DNA of 64,000 nt from Negaprion brevirostris (GCA_030324005.1 JARDVH010000031.1:42606239-42670238), one strand, 5' to 3'; positions 1 to 14,000 are shown, counted from the first letter of the stretch. The notes: generated by a model from the letters alone, not told the origin. Made by a program: numbers and translations.

Positions 1-1060
1 CAACTCCAAATCATCTATGTAAATTGTAAACAATTGCGGTCCCAACACTGATCCCTGAGGCACACCACTAATCACTGGCCACCAACTAGAAAAACACCCA
101 TTTATCCCCAGTCTTTAACCAATTCTCACTCCATGCTAATACATTACCCATAACGCCATGTACCTTTATCTTATGCTGCAGCCTTTTCTGTGGCACCTTG
201 TCGAATACCTTCTGGAAATCCAGATACAACAAGTCTACCAGCTCCCCATTGTCCACCATGCTCGTAATGTCCTCAAAGAATTCCACTAAGTAAGTTAAAC
301 ATGATCTGCCTTTCATGAACCCATATTGTGTCTTCCCGATGGGACAATTTCTATCCAGATATCTCGCCATTTCTTTCTTGAACATAGATTCAAATATTTT
401 CTCCACTACAGATGTTAAGCTAACTGGGCTATAGTAACCCGCCTGTCGTCTACCTCCATTTTTAAACAGTGGTGTCACATTTGCTGTTTTCCAATCTGCT
501 GGAACTGCCCAAGAGTCTGGTGTATTTTGATAAATTATCACACGTGCATTTGCTATTTCCACTGCTTTTAGTACTCTGAGATGCATTCCATCAGGGCCAG
601 GAGATTTGTTTACCTTTAGCTCTATTAGCTTACCTAACACTGCTTCTTTAGTGATAATGATCGTTTCTAAGTCCCCAGCTGCCACAGCCTTCTTGTCATC
701 AGGTTTTGGCATGTTATTTGTGTCTTCCAATATGAAGACTGACACAAAATACAGCTTCAATGCCTCGGCCATTTCGTCATTTCCCATTATATCCCCCCCC
801 CAATCCTCTAAAGGACCAATGTTTACCTTGGCCTCTCTTTTTCTTTTCATATATACTTCTAGAAACTTTGCTATCTGTTTTTATATTTTGAGCTAGTTTA
901 CTCTCATAATCTATCTTTATAGGTTTTTTCATGGCTTTTTAAAGATTTCCCAATCCTCCAGTTTCCCACTAATCTTTGCCACTTTGTGTGCATTTTCTTT
1001 CAATTTCATACCCTCCTTTATTTCCTTATATATCCATGGCTGATTACCCTTTTTCTACAG
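1..1060 (-). mobile_element. CR1-type LINE reverse transcriptase fragment
   Basis: ORF 86-850 has KSPGPDG, P.DWK.ANVTPLFK, YSPVSLTS, QYGFMKGRSCLT.L.EFFE and YLDFQKVFDKV. Confidence 0.92.
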
Positions 1061-1349
1061 TTCTGTCTGATCGCTGGTCAGCTGACCCTCGCAGCATGTT
1101 ACCATTGGTAATATTATAACAGATCCAATCTTATCATTGGTTACATTCTAACACCGACAAAGGCATTAAGAGTAGGAGAATCTCCTGGTAAGCCATGTTT
1201 GATGTCAATTTACACCCCTAAAATTGTATTTTCTAGTCACAGGCTAGCAAACTGTTCCAAAAAGTCTATCTGATGAAACAAACATAAGCATGTGCTTTGT
1301 CTACTCCTTACACCACTAGACATAGATTGAATAGAAGAATTCACCACAC

Positions 1350-1630
1350 AGACTGGCTTTCCTTGCATCCAAGACATAATTGATGGCACATTTGTCAGCA
1401 GCAGGACACCAGCCAGCAATTTTCCTGATAAGCGAGAGCTACCATGCAATTAATATGAAGCTCTAACTTCTGATCACAGGAGCAGGATCATGCAAGTTCG
1501 TGCTAGGGATCCAGGCAGTTCAGTTGTCATGGAGCTTTTATCCTGTAACACTGAACTATTCCCCAACACTTGACCCTTCCAAAATGTGACTGGAGGCTGC
1601 CTGTGGGACAGGAGTATCCACTACACACAA
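1350..1630 (+). mobile_element. Decayed PIF/Harbinger DDE transposase
   Basis: GFPCIQDIIDGTFV, YHAINM, DHRSRIMQVRARDPGS and a degenerate GDKGYPL, with frameshifts. Confidence 0.65.
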
Positions 1631-2385
1631 CCCAGCATACCCAAGGTGTTAACTCAAAATTTTATTTTTGCCAGTGATCGCATTAAAAAAACTAACCCTT
1701 TACAGATACCAACATGAGACATCACTCAAAAACTTGCTCTTGAATTGATGTCTTGATATGTTGATCAGTTGAGATGGTCCAGACATTGTTCCATGAAATT
1801 GCATTCTTGTTTAGCTCCAGGCTCCTGATGCACTGTTCCTTGCTGAGATCCAGGTAAAAGGCATGTTGGAAGTACTTACACTGCATAGAGAACTACTGAA
1901 ATCTGAATGTTCACTTTCAATGATTTTGAAGTTCTTGGACCNNNNNNNNNNCCACTATTCTGAGGTATTTAAGAACTGAAATGATACAAAAGCACAATCT
2001 ACAAAACACTCCAAAATCTTCTCATTTGCTTACCACTCAAAGTCTCTGTTCTCTCCTGAGAATTAATGCCAAATTTTATTGAAAGAACTTAATGTGGGAT
2101 TGGAATAATAATAATGTTCAGACCTTCCATGTTAATTGCTAGTTAACACGCAGTTAACTAAACAAAAGAAGCAATAAGAAGATGTCTAATTCCCAGTCAT
2201 AAATTTAGGAGATTGAACAAAAATCAATACCTTGTCCATTAATGCCAGATTGCAAATTACTAACTTTTAATGCACATTATTACGTGTGCTACCTCTAATG
2301 TGCGTGACCACTAAAACCATCTGCTTATTTGCCTCAACTGAAAACATAAGATGCTTGAGACAGCATCTGTAGAAAGAGAATTCAT

Positions 2386-4052
2386 AGGTAAAATTTAATG
2401 CCCTCCCGGGAGATAAATTTGGTGTTTGAGGGCCATTTGATCAGGGGGGAGGGCAGGGTGCCAGGTGGGAACTCTGCTTTTTCCCAGCTTCCCAAATTAA
2501 ATCCAGGGCTGGAAGGTTTGTGGATAGCCTTTCCAACTGACTGCCAATAATGTCCCTATGCTGTGCAATAACCTTTGGTTGGGAAGCTGTACAGTAAGAA
2601 AAAATTGTATTTCTTTAAAAGCTCTGCGGAATCTGTATTTTTAAAATGTTTCAACAAGACTTTTAAGAGTTTGCAACAATTGTAAAGTGATCAAGGGTAA
2701 TGTTCTTGGATAATAAGAAATACTGGTCCATTTAACCTGATGACTATTGACCTGGAAGCAGTGCCAACAGGAAGGAAATTAAGAAAGAAGTCATGTGGCT
2801 GGCAGACACAAAGGAGAGATTCTGACACAAAAGGGAGCTACTTGAGAAGGAGCTGATGTAAGAGCTGGAATGAGGCCCAGATGTAGACTGAAACAAAGTA
2901 AGCAAACAGAAAGGGGAACTTTTAGAGGAAAAGAAGAAAATCACACTCAGGAAGAGGTTAGTTTTTCTATTTGGCAAGAAAAGGAAACCGGAGCTCATGT
3001 ACACGTGCAGACTGGTTAAATAGATATAAAACATGGAAAGTTGTATGAATAGCTCAGGAATGCCAAAGAGCTGGGTGTTTTCACAAAAATGGTCAGACTG
3101 AATCAGTGTTGTTTGTTGGTCAGTTGAAAAGGAACTCTGGGAAGAACTGTCATAATCAGAGGGAGAATGAATTCTTAGCAGTGTACCTTGCAGATAATAG
3201 TCATACCTGTGAAACTCAAAGGTGAAGATTGTTGTTGGATAGGACTCCTGACCTATCCTCATGAATAAAAAACTGCACCATGTGAAACTTTGTAGTTAGC
3301 AATGTCATGCATGCTGAATGGGAATGCTTGTGCTTGTGTAAAATATCTCTTCCTTGGATCAGCTCTTCAAAGTGAAATTTACCTCATATTTGAAGTATAA
3401 TTTGCCTGTTAATTCATGTTTCAGTTGTATTGGTTCTGAGTTATGTTAAAGTAAAAGCTACAGACTTGGAATTTTGTTGATAATGACTTCATTTTTGGGT
3501 CATTCAGCAAACTGAATTATTTTGATTTATGGTTCCAGCAGTTGGTTGGGGAGTTGCAATGTAGGGAGACTAACAAGCAATCCCTGTCAGGTTAACCTGC
3601 AGCCTCGTACAGTAGGTAAGCACCCTTGATTGCCTTCTAAGAGCAACCCCCTGCCCTTTATTCTGACTCCCATCCCCAGCCCCCTTTCTGGTGATCCCTT
3701 CCCCATGACACCCATCCAGTTGTCAATTCACTTTCTCCATGGATCCCATGATTAACCCTGGCAGGGACCCAATTGTATTACCAGCAGCAGCCACTGCTGT
3801 CAGTAATGTTGCTGACAGTAGAGCGCTTTTGGTGTCTAATTGGCTGACATCTCTCGGGAGAGGAATTTCTGTCCTACTGCATCAAGTGCAGCAATTAAAT
3901 GTTCTGCATGAAGCCAGGAGCCCTAGCAGTGAGATTTCTGCTGCCAATTAGGTACTTGCTACCCTCAGGGCTCCCAAAGATTGGATTAACAGGAATTCCA
4001 CCAATTTCAATCTCCCACCCTGTCCACCACCACCCTCATTAAAATTCTGCCT
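2386..4052. mobile_element. Non-autonomous TIR (Harbinger-like) element, probably with an internal insertion
   Basis: Imperfect TIRs aggtaaaatttaatg ... cattaaaattctgcct; it interrupts a Penelope-type terminal motif (cagcatctgtagaaagagaa | atgcctcaggtc). Confidence 0.5.
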
Positions 4053-4054
4053 GA

Positions 4055-5820
4055 TGCCTCAGGTCAAAGACCTTTTAGCAAAATTGGGAAAAGTTAGAAC
4101 TGTAATTGATTCTAACAGGTGAATTAGAGGAAGACGAAGGGAAAAAACAAAAAGGGAAGGTCTGTTGCAGAGTGGAAGGCGGGAAAGATTAAATAACAGG
4201 AGCCGGTGGGGCAGTGTCAAAGGGACTGGTAAAGGAACAAATAAAGTAACAAAAGATGTTTCTAAAGGAGGTGAAAGGCAGATATTGCAACTCCTGCATT
4301 TGCATGAAAAGGTGCCATGGGAAGGGGAGTAAACGTAGGAAGTGACTGATGGGTGGACTAGGGTGTCGCAGAGAGGACATATTTTTGAAATGTTGAAAGC
4401 AGTTAGGGAAAAACGAGTTTAATGGTGGCATTGCATGGAACATCGTGCTTTGAACAAGGAGGCTGATGGATGGAAGGTGACGAGAAAGGATGCCTATCAT
4501 GGCTCTGGGAGGGAGAAAAGATTGAGGTTCGTGAAATGATTCAAGCACATTTGCGTGTGCTGTTGAACAAGATTGGTGGAATTCTTGGTGGAAGACAGAT
4601 GAAGACATATTAGAAGCACTGTTGTCAAAGGTTGCATCATCTGAACTAATGTGATGGAGACAAAGAAATGGGGGAATGGAATAGGGTCCTTACAGGGAAT
4701 GGGTGTGAGGAACAGCAATAATGTTGGCAGTGGGTGTCAGTGGGCTTATTGTGAAGCAATAGCAAAATACTTCAGATCCGAGAAACTTGAAATAAAAATA
4801 TAAAATTCTGAACATACTCAGCAGGAATGACAGCATCTGTGGAGAGAGAAATGAAGTTAATGCCTCAGGCTGATTACTTTGTATCTGAACCTTATAGTTT
4901 TATAGGCTTATAGTGAATATTCGTTGCAAACCTAACTCTAGAAATAGAGGCAGAGAAGTTCAGGTTGGGAAGAGTCAGCAATGGACCATGTAAAAGTAAG
5001 AGAAAGGTGGAAGTTGGAAGCAAAGTTGGTTAAGTATTTCAGTTCAGGACAAGAGCTATAAACAGCACCAATCAAGTCATCAATATACCATAAAAAGAGG
5101 TGAGGAAGGGGGTTGAGTGGGACTAGAACAGGAAATGTTCCTCTTTTCTACAAAAAGGCAGACAATGCTTGGACCAATGCAGGTTCCCTTAACAACACCT
5201 TTTGTTTGGAGGAAATGAGTTGAGTAAAAGGAAAAGTTGTTCAATGAAGGAACAAGTTCAGGCAGTAGAGGAGGGTGGTGTTGGATGGAGACTGGTTGGG
5301 CCTCTGGTCAAGGAAGAAGTAGAAAGCCCTAAGACCATCTGGGTGGGGAGGGAAGATCTAATAGATTGGGAGTTTATGGTAAAAAGAGGACAATTAGTGC
5401 CAGGAAATTTGGAAACAGTTTGATGAAGGGAAATAGAAGAGTCACAGAGGTGGGTGGGAATAGACTGGACAAGGGAAGAAAAAAATAGAGCTGAGTTGGG
5501 AGGACAACAGGTCAGTGGGGGCAGGAACAGGCTAAAATGATATGTTTACCAGGACGGTCCTGTTTGTAGGACTTGAGAAGAAGGTTGAAGAAGGGTTTGG
5601 ATAATAGTGAGGTTGAAGGCTATGGTGGCAAGGTCTCTAGAGATGATGAGGTTGATGATAGCCCTGGAAACGGCATAATGTTCAGTGGTGGGGCTATTGG
5701 TCAGGGGAAGGTAGGAGGAAGTGTTGGAGAATGGAAATTCAGTCATTGCGAGGTTGAGGTCAATATACTAGACCACAATAGCACTGCCCTTTTTAGCTGG
5801 TTTGGTGTCAATGTTGGGGT
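4055..5820 (-). mobile_element. Decayed Penelope-like retroelement (RT region)
   Basis: Minus strand LFLWYIDDLI (about 5070-5100) and SHP.PCKDPIPF..SDDATF (4620-4710), typical of PLE RT; many disruptions. Confidence 0.7.
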
Positions 5821-5825
5821 TAGAC

Positions 5826-5894
5826 ATGATGTGGAGATGCCGGCATTGGACTGGGGTGAACACAGTAGAAGTCTGACAACACCAGGTTTAAGTC
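5826..5894 (+). mobile_element. Start of a Penelope-type element running into an N gap (same family as 59369-59777)
   Basis: atgatgtggagatgccggcattggactggggtgaacacagtagaagtctgacaacaccaggttt closely matches 59367-59435. Confidence 0.65.
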
Positions 5895-6941
5895 NNNNNN
5901 NNNNNNNNNNNNNNNNNNNNNNNNNNNNNNNNNNNNNNNNNNNNNNNNNNNNNNNNNNNNNNNNNNNNNNNNNNNNNNNNNNNNNNNNNNNNNNNNNNNN
6001 NNNNNNNNNNNNNNNNNNNNNNNNNNNNNNNNNNNNNNNNNNNNNNNNNNNNNNNNNNNNNNNNNNNNNNNNNNNNNNNNNNNNNNNNNNNNNNNNNNNN
6101 NNNNNNNNNNNNNNNNNNNNNNNNNNNNNNNNNNNNNNNNNNNNNNNNNNNNNNNNNNNNNNNNNNNNNNNNNNNNNNNNNNNNNNNNNNNNNNNNNNNN
6201 NNNNNNNNNNNNNNNNNNNNNNNNNNNNNNNNNNNNNNNNNNNNNNNNNNNNNNNNNNNNNNNNNNNNNNNNNNNNNNNNNNNNNNNNNNNNNNNNNNNN
6301 NNNNNNNNNNNNNNNNNNNNNNNNNNNNNNNNNNNNNNNNNNNNNNNNNNNNNNNNNNNNNNNNNNNNNNNNNNNNNNNNNNNNNNNNNNNNNNNNNNNN
6401 NNNNNNNNNNNNNNNNNNNNNNNNNNNNNNNNNNNNNNNTATTGATGTAAATGTGTGCTGGTGAACTACGTTATTAATGTGGATGTTCTGTTTTAACTCT
6501 AGAGTAGGGCATAACTTAAAGGATAAAAACACCATTTCTAGATACACATGGTTGATGTCTTATATTCTGGCTGGATAACACTTTTTGTTAACAATGAAGA
6601 GGTGCATAAAGTCACAAAGTATCCTTGGTGCCTAAGGCATTAAGAATTCTTGATCTGGCTCTGCCCAAAGGTTGCTAAATAAACCTCCAGAAAATCATTC
6701 CAATTCCATGCCTCCATTATTCAATCATAGCTGATTATATTTTGAGATGACATTTGGGTGGTGCCAGAAATACAGTAAACATTGTATTCTCCAAATAATT
6801 TCATTGTCTACTCTATTATTGTACCCTTTAGTCTCATTCTTAAACAGTTTTATTTAAATACATCTGTTTTTCAAAGAATTAATTGACACTATCAACTGCT
6901 TTTATTGGAGATGTTCAGATTTGTCAATTGCCTCCAATTTT

Positions 6942-7190
6942 AGGCGGCACAGTGGTTAGCACTGCTGCCTCACAGTGCTAGGGACCCAGGTTCGATTCCT
7001 GGCTTGGGTCACTGTTTATGTGGAGTTTGCACGTTTTCCCTATGTCTGTGTGGGTTTCCTTTGGGTGTTCCAGTTTCTTCCCACAATCTGAAAGACGTGC
7101 TGATTAAGTGCACTAACCTGAACGGCTGCCAGAGTGTGACAACTAGGGGAATTTCACAGGAACTTCATTGCAATGTTAATGTAAACCTTA
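6942..7190 (+). mobile_element. tRNA-derived HE1/V-SINE
   Basis: A-box ggcacagtggttagcac, B-box ggttcgattcc, V-domain gtggagtttgcacgt...gtgggtttcc. Confidence 0.85.
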
Positions 7191-7884
7191 ACTTTAAAGT
7201 TTGGCTTAGTGTCCATGATTGCAAGATTGTGGAAAATTTGAGGGAATGGATTCAGTGAGAATAAACCAAATGCTATTTCCTTATTCTGTATTTATGTTGT
7301 ATTTTATTTCAATTTTTTGGAATCTTTTATGCAATGATTTACTTCCATGAAGTCATAATTAATAATACTAAGCAGCGAAATATTAGGTGCAGCATTGCTT
7401 GGGTAAATAGATCTGTTACTGAGGAGAAATCGTTGAACACATTTATGTGATCATCAGCATATGTTGTTGTCAGTATTCACCTCGCTCTTATTGTAAGATT
7501 GTTAGCCTCAATTCATAAATACACTGATAAAACATCTAGTATTCATACATGTTTGAAATATTAAACTATTCTAGACTTAAATCCTGGAAAGTAAACTTCC
7601 ATTCTGTCAACTAATCTTCAAGTTAATTAACCTCGTCACCACAAATACTCTCTCCTGGACTTATCAGCACTTGAATGTAATTATGTTAACTCTTCTGTAC
7701 ATAACACTTTTCGGTTTAAATTTAGTGACAGTACTTTATGGTGCCACAGTAAAACATACTCTTTGACAGCCTTTCTGTGTTTGCATATTTTTGAATTTTT
7801 ATCAGTTCAATTTATCATTTATGAAGAAAACTAAGCAAAGTGTTGTACTCAAATTTTTAGTGCGTAAATACACTTGTGTTTCAG

Positions 7885-8027
7885 GGGATATTCCTGATTT
7901 GTTCAATGATGATGAAATGGACAGTATTATATCCACCCTGAGAATGGAGTTACGAGGTCTTGGATTATTGGACACCAGAGAGAACTGCTGGCATTTCTTT
8001 ATTGACCGGATTCGGCAACAGTTAAAG
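7885..8027 (+). CDS. DNAH11: Dynein heavy chain exon (AAA4 C-terminal part)
   Basis: tttcag|GG GAT ATT CCT...TTA AAG|gtcatc; [48 protein letters not shown]. Confidence 0.92.
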
Positions 8028-11000
8028 GTCATCTTGTATTATCCCTGTTTCACTTACTGTGTTAATTAGGAATGACATACAATGTACTTACTTAAATTCT
8101 ATCATTAAAATTAAAATATATTTCTATCCAGAAAATAAAGTGCCTTTAGTTCCAATATTAGAAATCAATGTATGGCACAAGAACTATGTGGTGCAATTCT
8201 TGTTGAAACAAAAAAATGAGACATGTAATTTTCTCTGATTGAAAAATCCTGTACTCTGCCTTCCTATATTTCTAAGATCCTATTCTCTCAATTTGCTAAT
8301 CATATGATAAGATGAACATTTTCCCATTTTCATTATTAAGGAAACCTTTTGTTGTCATGTTTTATTTACAATATTTTTATGTATTTAGATATTTGTCAAA
8401 GAACAAGTGACAGCGCAATTCTTCACAGTTGTGTATCCCATAATGGGATCACTTTGCAACATTATATTGAGGATATTAGAAATAATGGATTCTGTTTTCC
8501 CAGATTTTATCTTTTATATAGGTACAGAAAGTGGAATTTTTTGAATTGACATTTAACACTGAAATTAACAATAGATATTAAATTAGCCTGTAACAGAAAT
8601 TGCTAAGCTATAAAATCTTACCAACAAGAGGTAAGTATGATAGTGATATAAAAAGCAAAAAGTGCTGAAAATTCTCAGTAGGTCTAGCAGCATTTATGGA
8701 GAGTAAACAGTTTATTTGTTGATTTGAATTTAACTCTTGTTCAGCACAATTCATATTCAAGTCACGATATCATAAGAAATCGGAGCAGAAGTAGGCTGTT
8801 TGACATGGTTATTATCCAGTTTTCTTTTATTCAACTACTTGTGTTGACTTAGAACTCCACCCACCCAAAAAGTCCCACCTCCTACTTTGAAGGATCTTAC
8901 GTATTGACTAATGTTCAAAACTTGTTCCATCGCCTTCTACCCTTCCTCTGCCCCCTACCAACTTCCCTCCCTCACCATTGACCAACCCAGTATGACCATT
9001 CGTCACCCGTAAACCTCCTCCCATTACCTTGGACCCTATTACAATCTACCTCTAGATTCTTATCTCCCCTCAGAGCCAACACATATAACCCTCCCCTCTT
9101 ATCTGAACCACCCGTCTACTCCCACCTCCTTGTCGTCGTTTCCACCCCCCTGCTCCCCCATGAAACCTTCATTTAACAAACATAGACCAGGCCTTGTCAC
9201 CCTACCACATCCCACTCTCCCTTCTGACTGTGACTGTACTCTCCCATTACCAACCCAGGAATTTATCTCCCTCCAACAAACCTCCAACAAAGCAAATTGT
9301 GCGGAGGGTGTGGAAAGTCTGCAGAGGGATCTAGATAGGCTGAGCGAGTGGGCGAGGACCTGGCANNNNNNNNNNNNNNNNNNNNNNNNNNNNNNNNNNN
9401 NNNNNNNNNNNNNNNNNNNNNNNNNNNNNNNNNNNNNNNNNNNNNNNNNNNNNNNNNNNNNNNNNCTCCCACCTCCCATCTGAAATAATTCTTGCTGCCG
9501 AACCGGATGATTTCATCTTCTGCATCCGTCCAAACATATCACCCCAACACAATGAGCTGTCATCTTCTCCAGCAGTCTTTTATATAGCACCCTACTGAAT
9601 GCTTTTTGGAAATCCAAAAACACTACATCTACTGGTTCCCTTTATCCACCTTGACTGTTATGTCCTCAAAGGGCTTTAATAAATTTGTCAATCATGATTT
9701 TCCTTTCATAAAATCATGTTGACTCTTCTTGATTATGCTATGATCCAAATATCCTGCTATTATTTCTTTAATAATAATCATACTTGACTCAATGTTAACT
9801 TTGTTTTGCGCTCCACTGATGCTGCCTCACCTGGTGTATGTTTCCAGCATTTTCTGTTTTTATTTCAGATTTCCTACAGCTGTAGAATTTTGCTTTTATA
9901 TTTCTGATAACCTGATTATTTTCAAAGTCTCAATTATTGGCATTTCTGAATGAAGTTGTGTTAAGCATTTTAATACTTCTCATTTCAAATCTTCCTATTT
10001 TAACACAAATAAGTTCAAGGAGGGACGATTTATGACATTTTGAATAAGGATGACACCAAGGCCAAATGTTACCTCTGCCACTAAAAGTCAGCAACCTTCC
10101 ACCATACATGCTGCAACCACTAGGACAGGCTATTGAGCTTTGTATGGAATGTTGGATTGTTTGATAAAGTTGGTTTGGAATGCTTATTTCATGGTGACTT
10201 TTATTTCAGCATTGTGGGCAAGAGGAGGCTTTGATGGTCAATACCAGATGGAAGGAAAAGTATGGCTGTAGTTGAAATGGGGATTTAAGATGGCGTTCAC
10301 TGGCACCACAGTCAGATGAACTTATCATGGACAGCCAACTTGAAAGCATTTGTGTTGATTACCTCCTCTTCCTCCTCCCTCCGCACCCCTCCTCACACTC
10401 ACTCTACCCCCCTCAGCTGCGCACTGTTTACTGGGTGGCAAGGGCTGTTCCCTCATGATGACAAGGTAGTGCAGATTGCAGATGCAGAATGAAGAATTGT
10501 GACATTTCCTCTGGAGTAAACTGAAGGGCTGCTCGAGAGTTGTGGAAGCACGGTTGAAGCTGCCTAAGCACCCCAGTGGTCTGTTCAATATCATTTCATG
10601 TGAGAATGCATACATTCTCACACAGTATATACAGCTGCTGCTCATACAGTTGCTGCTGCCTGCTTGTACCTAGGTTGAGCCATGAGCTGGGAGTTAGTGG
10701 ATAGCCCTTGTCGCCCAGTTGTCAGTTCTGATTTTACATTGTGACTCAAATGCTGATAGTACAAAGAACCAGCACAGAACAAAGGCATCATGACTGCTGT
10801 CAGCATAGGGCATTTATCTGTATAATGCATTCAGTATGATCACACACCAGCTGGTCATTGAGAGAGTGAAACCCTCTTATGGTGATAGTATATCTCTGAA
10901 TTTATGTGTGACTCCTGTAAAGTAGCATGTACTGTCAAAAACCCCATGGGGAAGTCTGCTGTTGTGTCAAAGTGCTTGCTCACTCTGCCTACAATGTAAT

Positions 11001-14000
11001 GTTTTCCCTTCTCTTTGAATATGTGACAATAGATCTGAGTTGCATTATGTTGGAGACGCTGCCTGCTCCAACCTAGAAAGAACCTGACACACAGATTTTC
11101 AAGGCCACCTTTACAGCCACTGAAAATGTCATCCTCGCCCTGTTCTGAAGTTGCAGACCAGCCTGAACAGGTGGCAGATTTCTGTGAACTCCTTAGAGAA
11201 ATAAAGATGATGCACACACTGGGCAGAATTTTCCACTCTGAAGACTAAGTCTGATGGTGAAAGTCATCATGATTCCCATGGATGGTGGAATGGCTGAACA
11301 CATGCAATCTCATTAATTATGAATCAATGAGGAATTTGCCAAATTTAATGGCAGGACTGGCATGAAGTCATCCACCTCGCCATTACCTCTTGGGGTCAAA
11401 GATCCTGATGCAGTATTGATTTGGCACCTGGACAGACATTCTCTCACTGCAGGCCAGGTTTTTGCAGTGACAAAGAAAACTATGGCATCCCTGCTAAGGA
11501 AACCTTNNNNNNNNNNNNNNNNNNNNNNNNNNNNNNNNNNNNNNNNNNNNNNNNNNNNNNNNNNNNNNNNNNNNNNNNNNNNNNNNNNNNNNNNNNNNNN
11601 NNNNNNNNNNNNNNNNNNNNNNNNNNNNNNNNNNNNNNNNNNNNNNNNNNNNNNNNNNNNNNNNNNNNNNNNNNNNNNNNNNNNNNNNNNNNNNNNNNNN
11701 NNNNNNNNNNNNNNNNNNNNNNNNNNNNNNNNNNNNNNNNNNNNNNNNNNNNNNNNNNNNNNNNNNNNNNNNNNNNNNNNNNNNNNNNNNNNNNNNNNNN
11801 NNNNNNNNNNNNNNNNNNNNNNNNNNNNNNNNNNNNNNNNNNNNNNNNNNNNNNNNNNNNNNNNNNNNNNNNNNNNNNNNNNNNNNNNNNNNNNNNNNNN
11901 NNNNNNNNNNNNNNNNNNNNNNNNNNNNNNNNNNNNNNNNNNNNNNNNNNNNNNNNNNNNNNNNNNNNNNNNNNNNNNNNAGGGTGTGATGATGATGACC
12001 CTGACCTTGTCAAGCTTTGAGGACACAGAGTTCATTGGTAAAGAGAGGGATCCTCCCTGTCGGGAGTTATTGAGCAACTCAAACCCCACCTCCCCACCAC
12101 CCTACAAAACAAGCCAGTGATGCATCAGGTATACATTGACAAAATGCGACATTGACTGTGAGTGATCTTTGATGCATCAGCCTGCTTAGTCAATTACTAA
12201 TTCTCTCTCTTCCAAGTTCCAACAAGAAAGAGGGGAGAACTTTCTCCACCAGAAGACTCCCGCCAGCCATTAGTCACTCCTGAGGAGGAAGCAGAATTAT
12301 CCTGAGACTAAGAACCCACACTGCGTTAACTTGCATCCTCCACCAGCATGAACACATGCATCTTGGCGTGGCTCAGTTCTGAAGTAGGCTCAGGTTCATA
12401 ATCTGATGATTACCTCAAAGAGAGGGGTTCGTAGCCAAGTGACAGCTGAGGTTTCTGACACTCGGAGGACTGCTGGCGACAAGGCCCCTACTGAGATAGA
12501 GCCCAATGATGAACCTCTGGATTGGGCCCTAAGAGACATGTTGGAGATGCAGAGACAGGCAGAGCTGTTAGAGCTTATCCATAGACAAAACCAAAAAATG
12601 GAGGAGTCTGCAAATGATCTGTCTGCTTTCTTGGCTGTGGCACGCAAGTGCATCAAAGATTCTGTTGAAAGGGTGGCAGCCACCTTTGAGACCCAGGTCT
12701 AGCAGTTCCCACTGGATTTGTGCTCAGACTTGCACATCATTGATCCAGCCATGGGTGCATTCAAACAATGGCTATGCAAGAAGGAGTTGCCGCATCTCAA
12801 CTTCTGTCCAGGTGCCTCTTCTCCTTGAGGAGTCATCAACCCAGGGTCTTCACAGGTGCCCTGCCTCTGCAACTCCCCTCTGACAATGACCCCATCAATT
12901 TCAGCAAGACATGCCTAGGAGACTGCAGTTGAACAGGAGACCCTTAGCAGGCCGGGGCCCTCTAGTCCTCAGGCCAGCAGAGGATACTTGCCAAAGTCAA
13001 CTCAGGGAATGGGGCATTACATTCAGCAGGCTGTCTCCTTCACAGCTGTGGATGTTGGGGCTGCACCTGAATGTAGTGGTGCAATTAAAAAGAATGAGAA
13101 GTTTTAAATGCACAGTGGTAGCATGGATATTCACTCGCTGCAATAATGAGCTGGTTTTCACTACAAGTGCAAACGGTGATATGGATGCAAAATATTGCAA
13201 GAGTCAGATGAGTATATCACCAGCCACACGCCAATGAAGTAACAATGTTCCCAGCCCAGAACGGTTGGGCAGGAATGTCATTCAATTAAATTACGATCTG
13301 ATTAAAGGGCTTCTCCCACATTGTGATGTCGGCAAGGTTTACAACATGTTTTTAAAAACGGGAACAAGGCAGAAGAAGCCTGCCCTGCTGGGGACATAGC
13401 TCCTGGGGTGAGAGTCATGACCAGAAAATACCCAGGCACTGCCTTTGGCACTGCCCAATGCAAGGGACATTGCCATAAGGGAGCCTCTGCAGATTTCCAT
13501 GGGGGAGAGGGAGGGTTCCCCTTATCCATGGGTTGGGGGTTTCCCCTTGTGCATGTATAGATTGTGTGCTTTTGGGAGGGGGTTCCTGTTTTTTTCAATC
13601 GGAGATCGGAAGGGCACCCTGATCTTGGGATTCCCTGTGTTGCCAGCTTTTCCCATCCAGCCAGCATGATATCATGGACCACGCCTGCAAATTTTCTTTG
13701 CAAAGAGTGCTGACAATGTGGGAAGAAAACCAGCATTCATCATCAGATGCACCGCTGGCTTTTCTCACCTCAGCATCACTTTGCAGACAGTGGAAATTTC
13801 ACTTCGTTAATTTTTCACTTTTGTAAATAAATGTAGCTTTTATCCTTTCCCAAATGCCCATGAATTCCATTTATATTTAATTTGCTTCAGTGTCTCAAAG
13901 TCATTAAAGTGTAGTCCCCCTGTGATCTCCCATCCAGATCTCCAGTTGTATAGTTTCTCTCACAATCTCATCACAGCCTTTATTTCTACATCTGAGACAT

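Noticed and set aside
86-850. Functional reverse transcriptase gene
   Set aside because: Partial, decayed CR1 ORF2 with a premature end and altered motifs.
2744-3262. 172-aa minus-strand ORF
   Set aside because: Ser/Phe/Leu-biased translation of a purine-rich repeat interior, with no recognisable motif.
5573-6547. Long ORFs spanning N runs (also at about 9.1-9.5, 11.3-12.1, 39.0-39.4, 41.1-41.4, 43.1-43.3 and 59.3-59.7 kb)
   Set aside because: Their length comes from undefined X codons in assembly gaps; there is no coding evidence.
6942-7000. tRNA gene (also at 14908 and 52744)
   Set aside because: The A/B boxes continue directly into the V-SINE core and no complete cloverleaf is evident; these are SINE heads.
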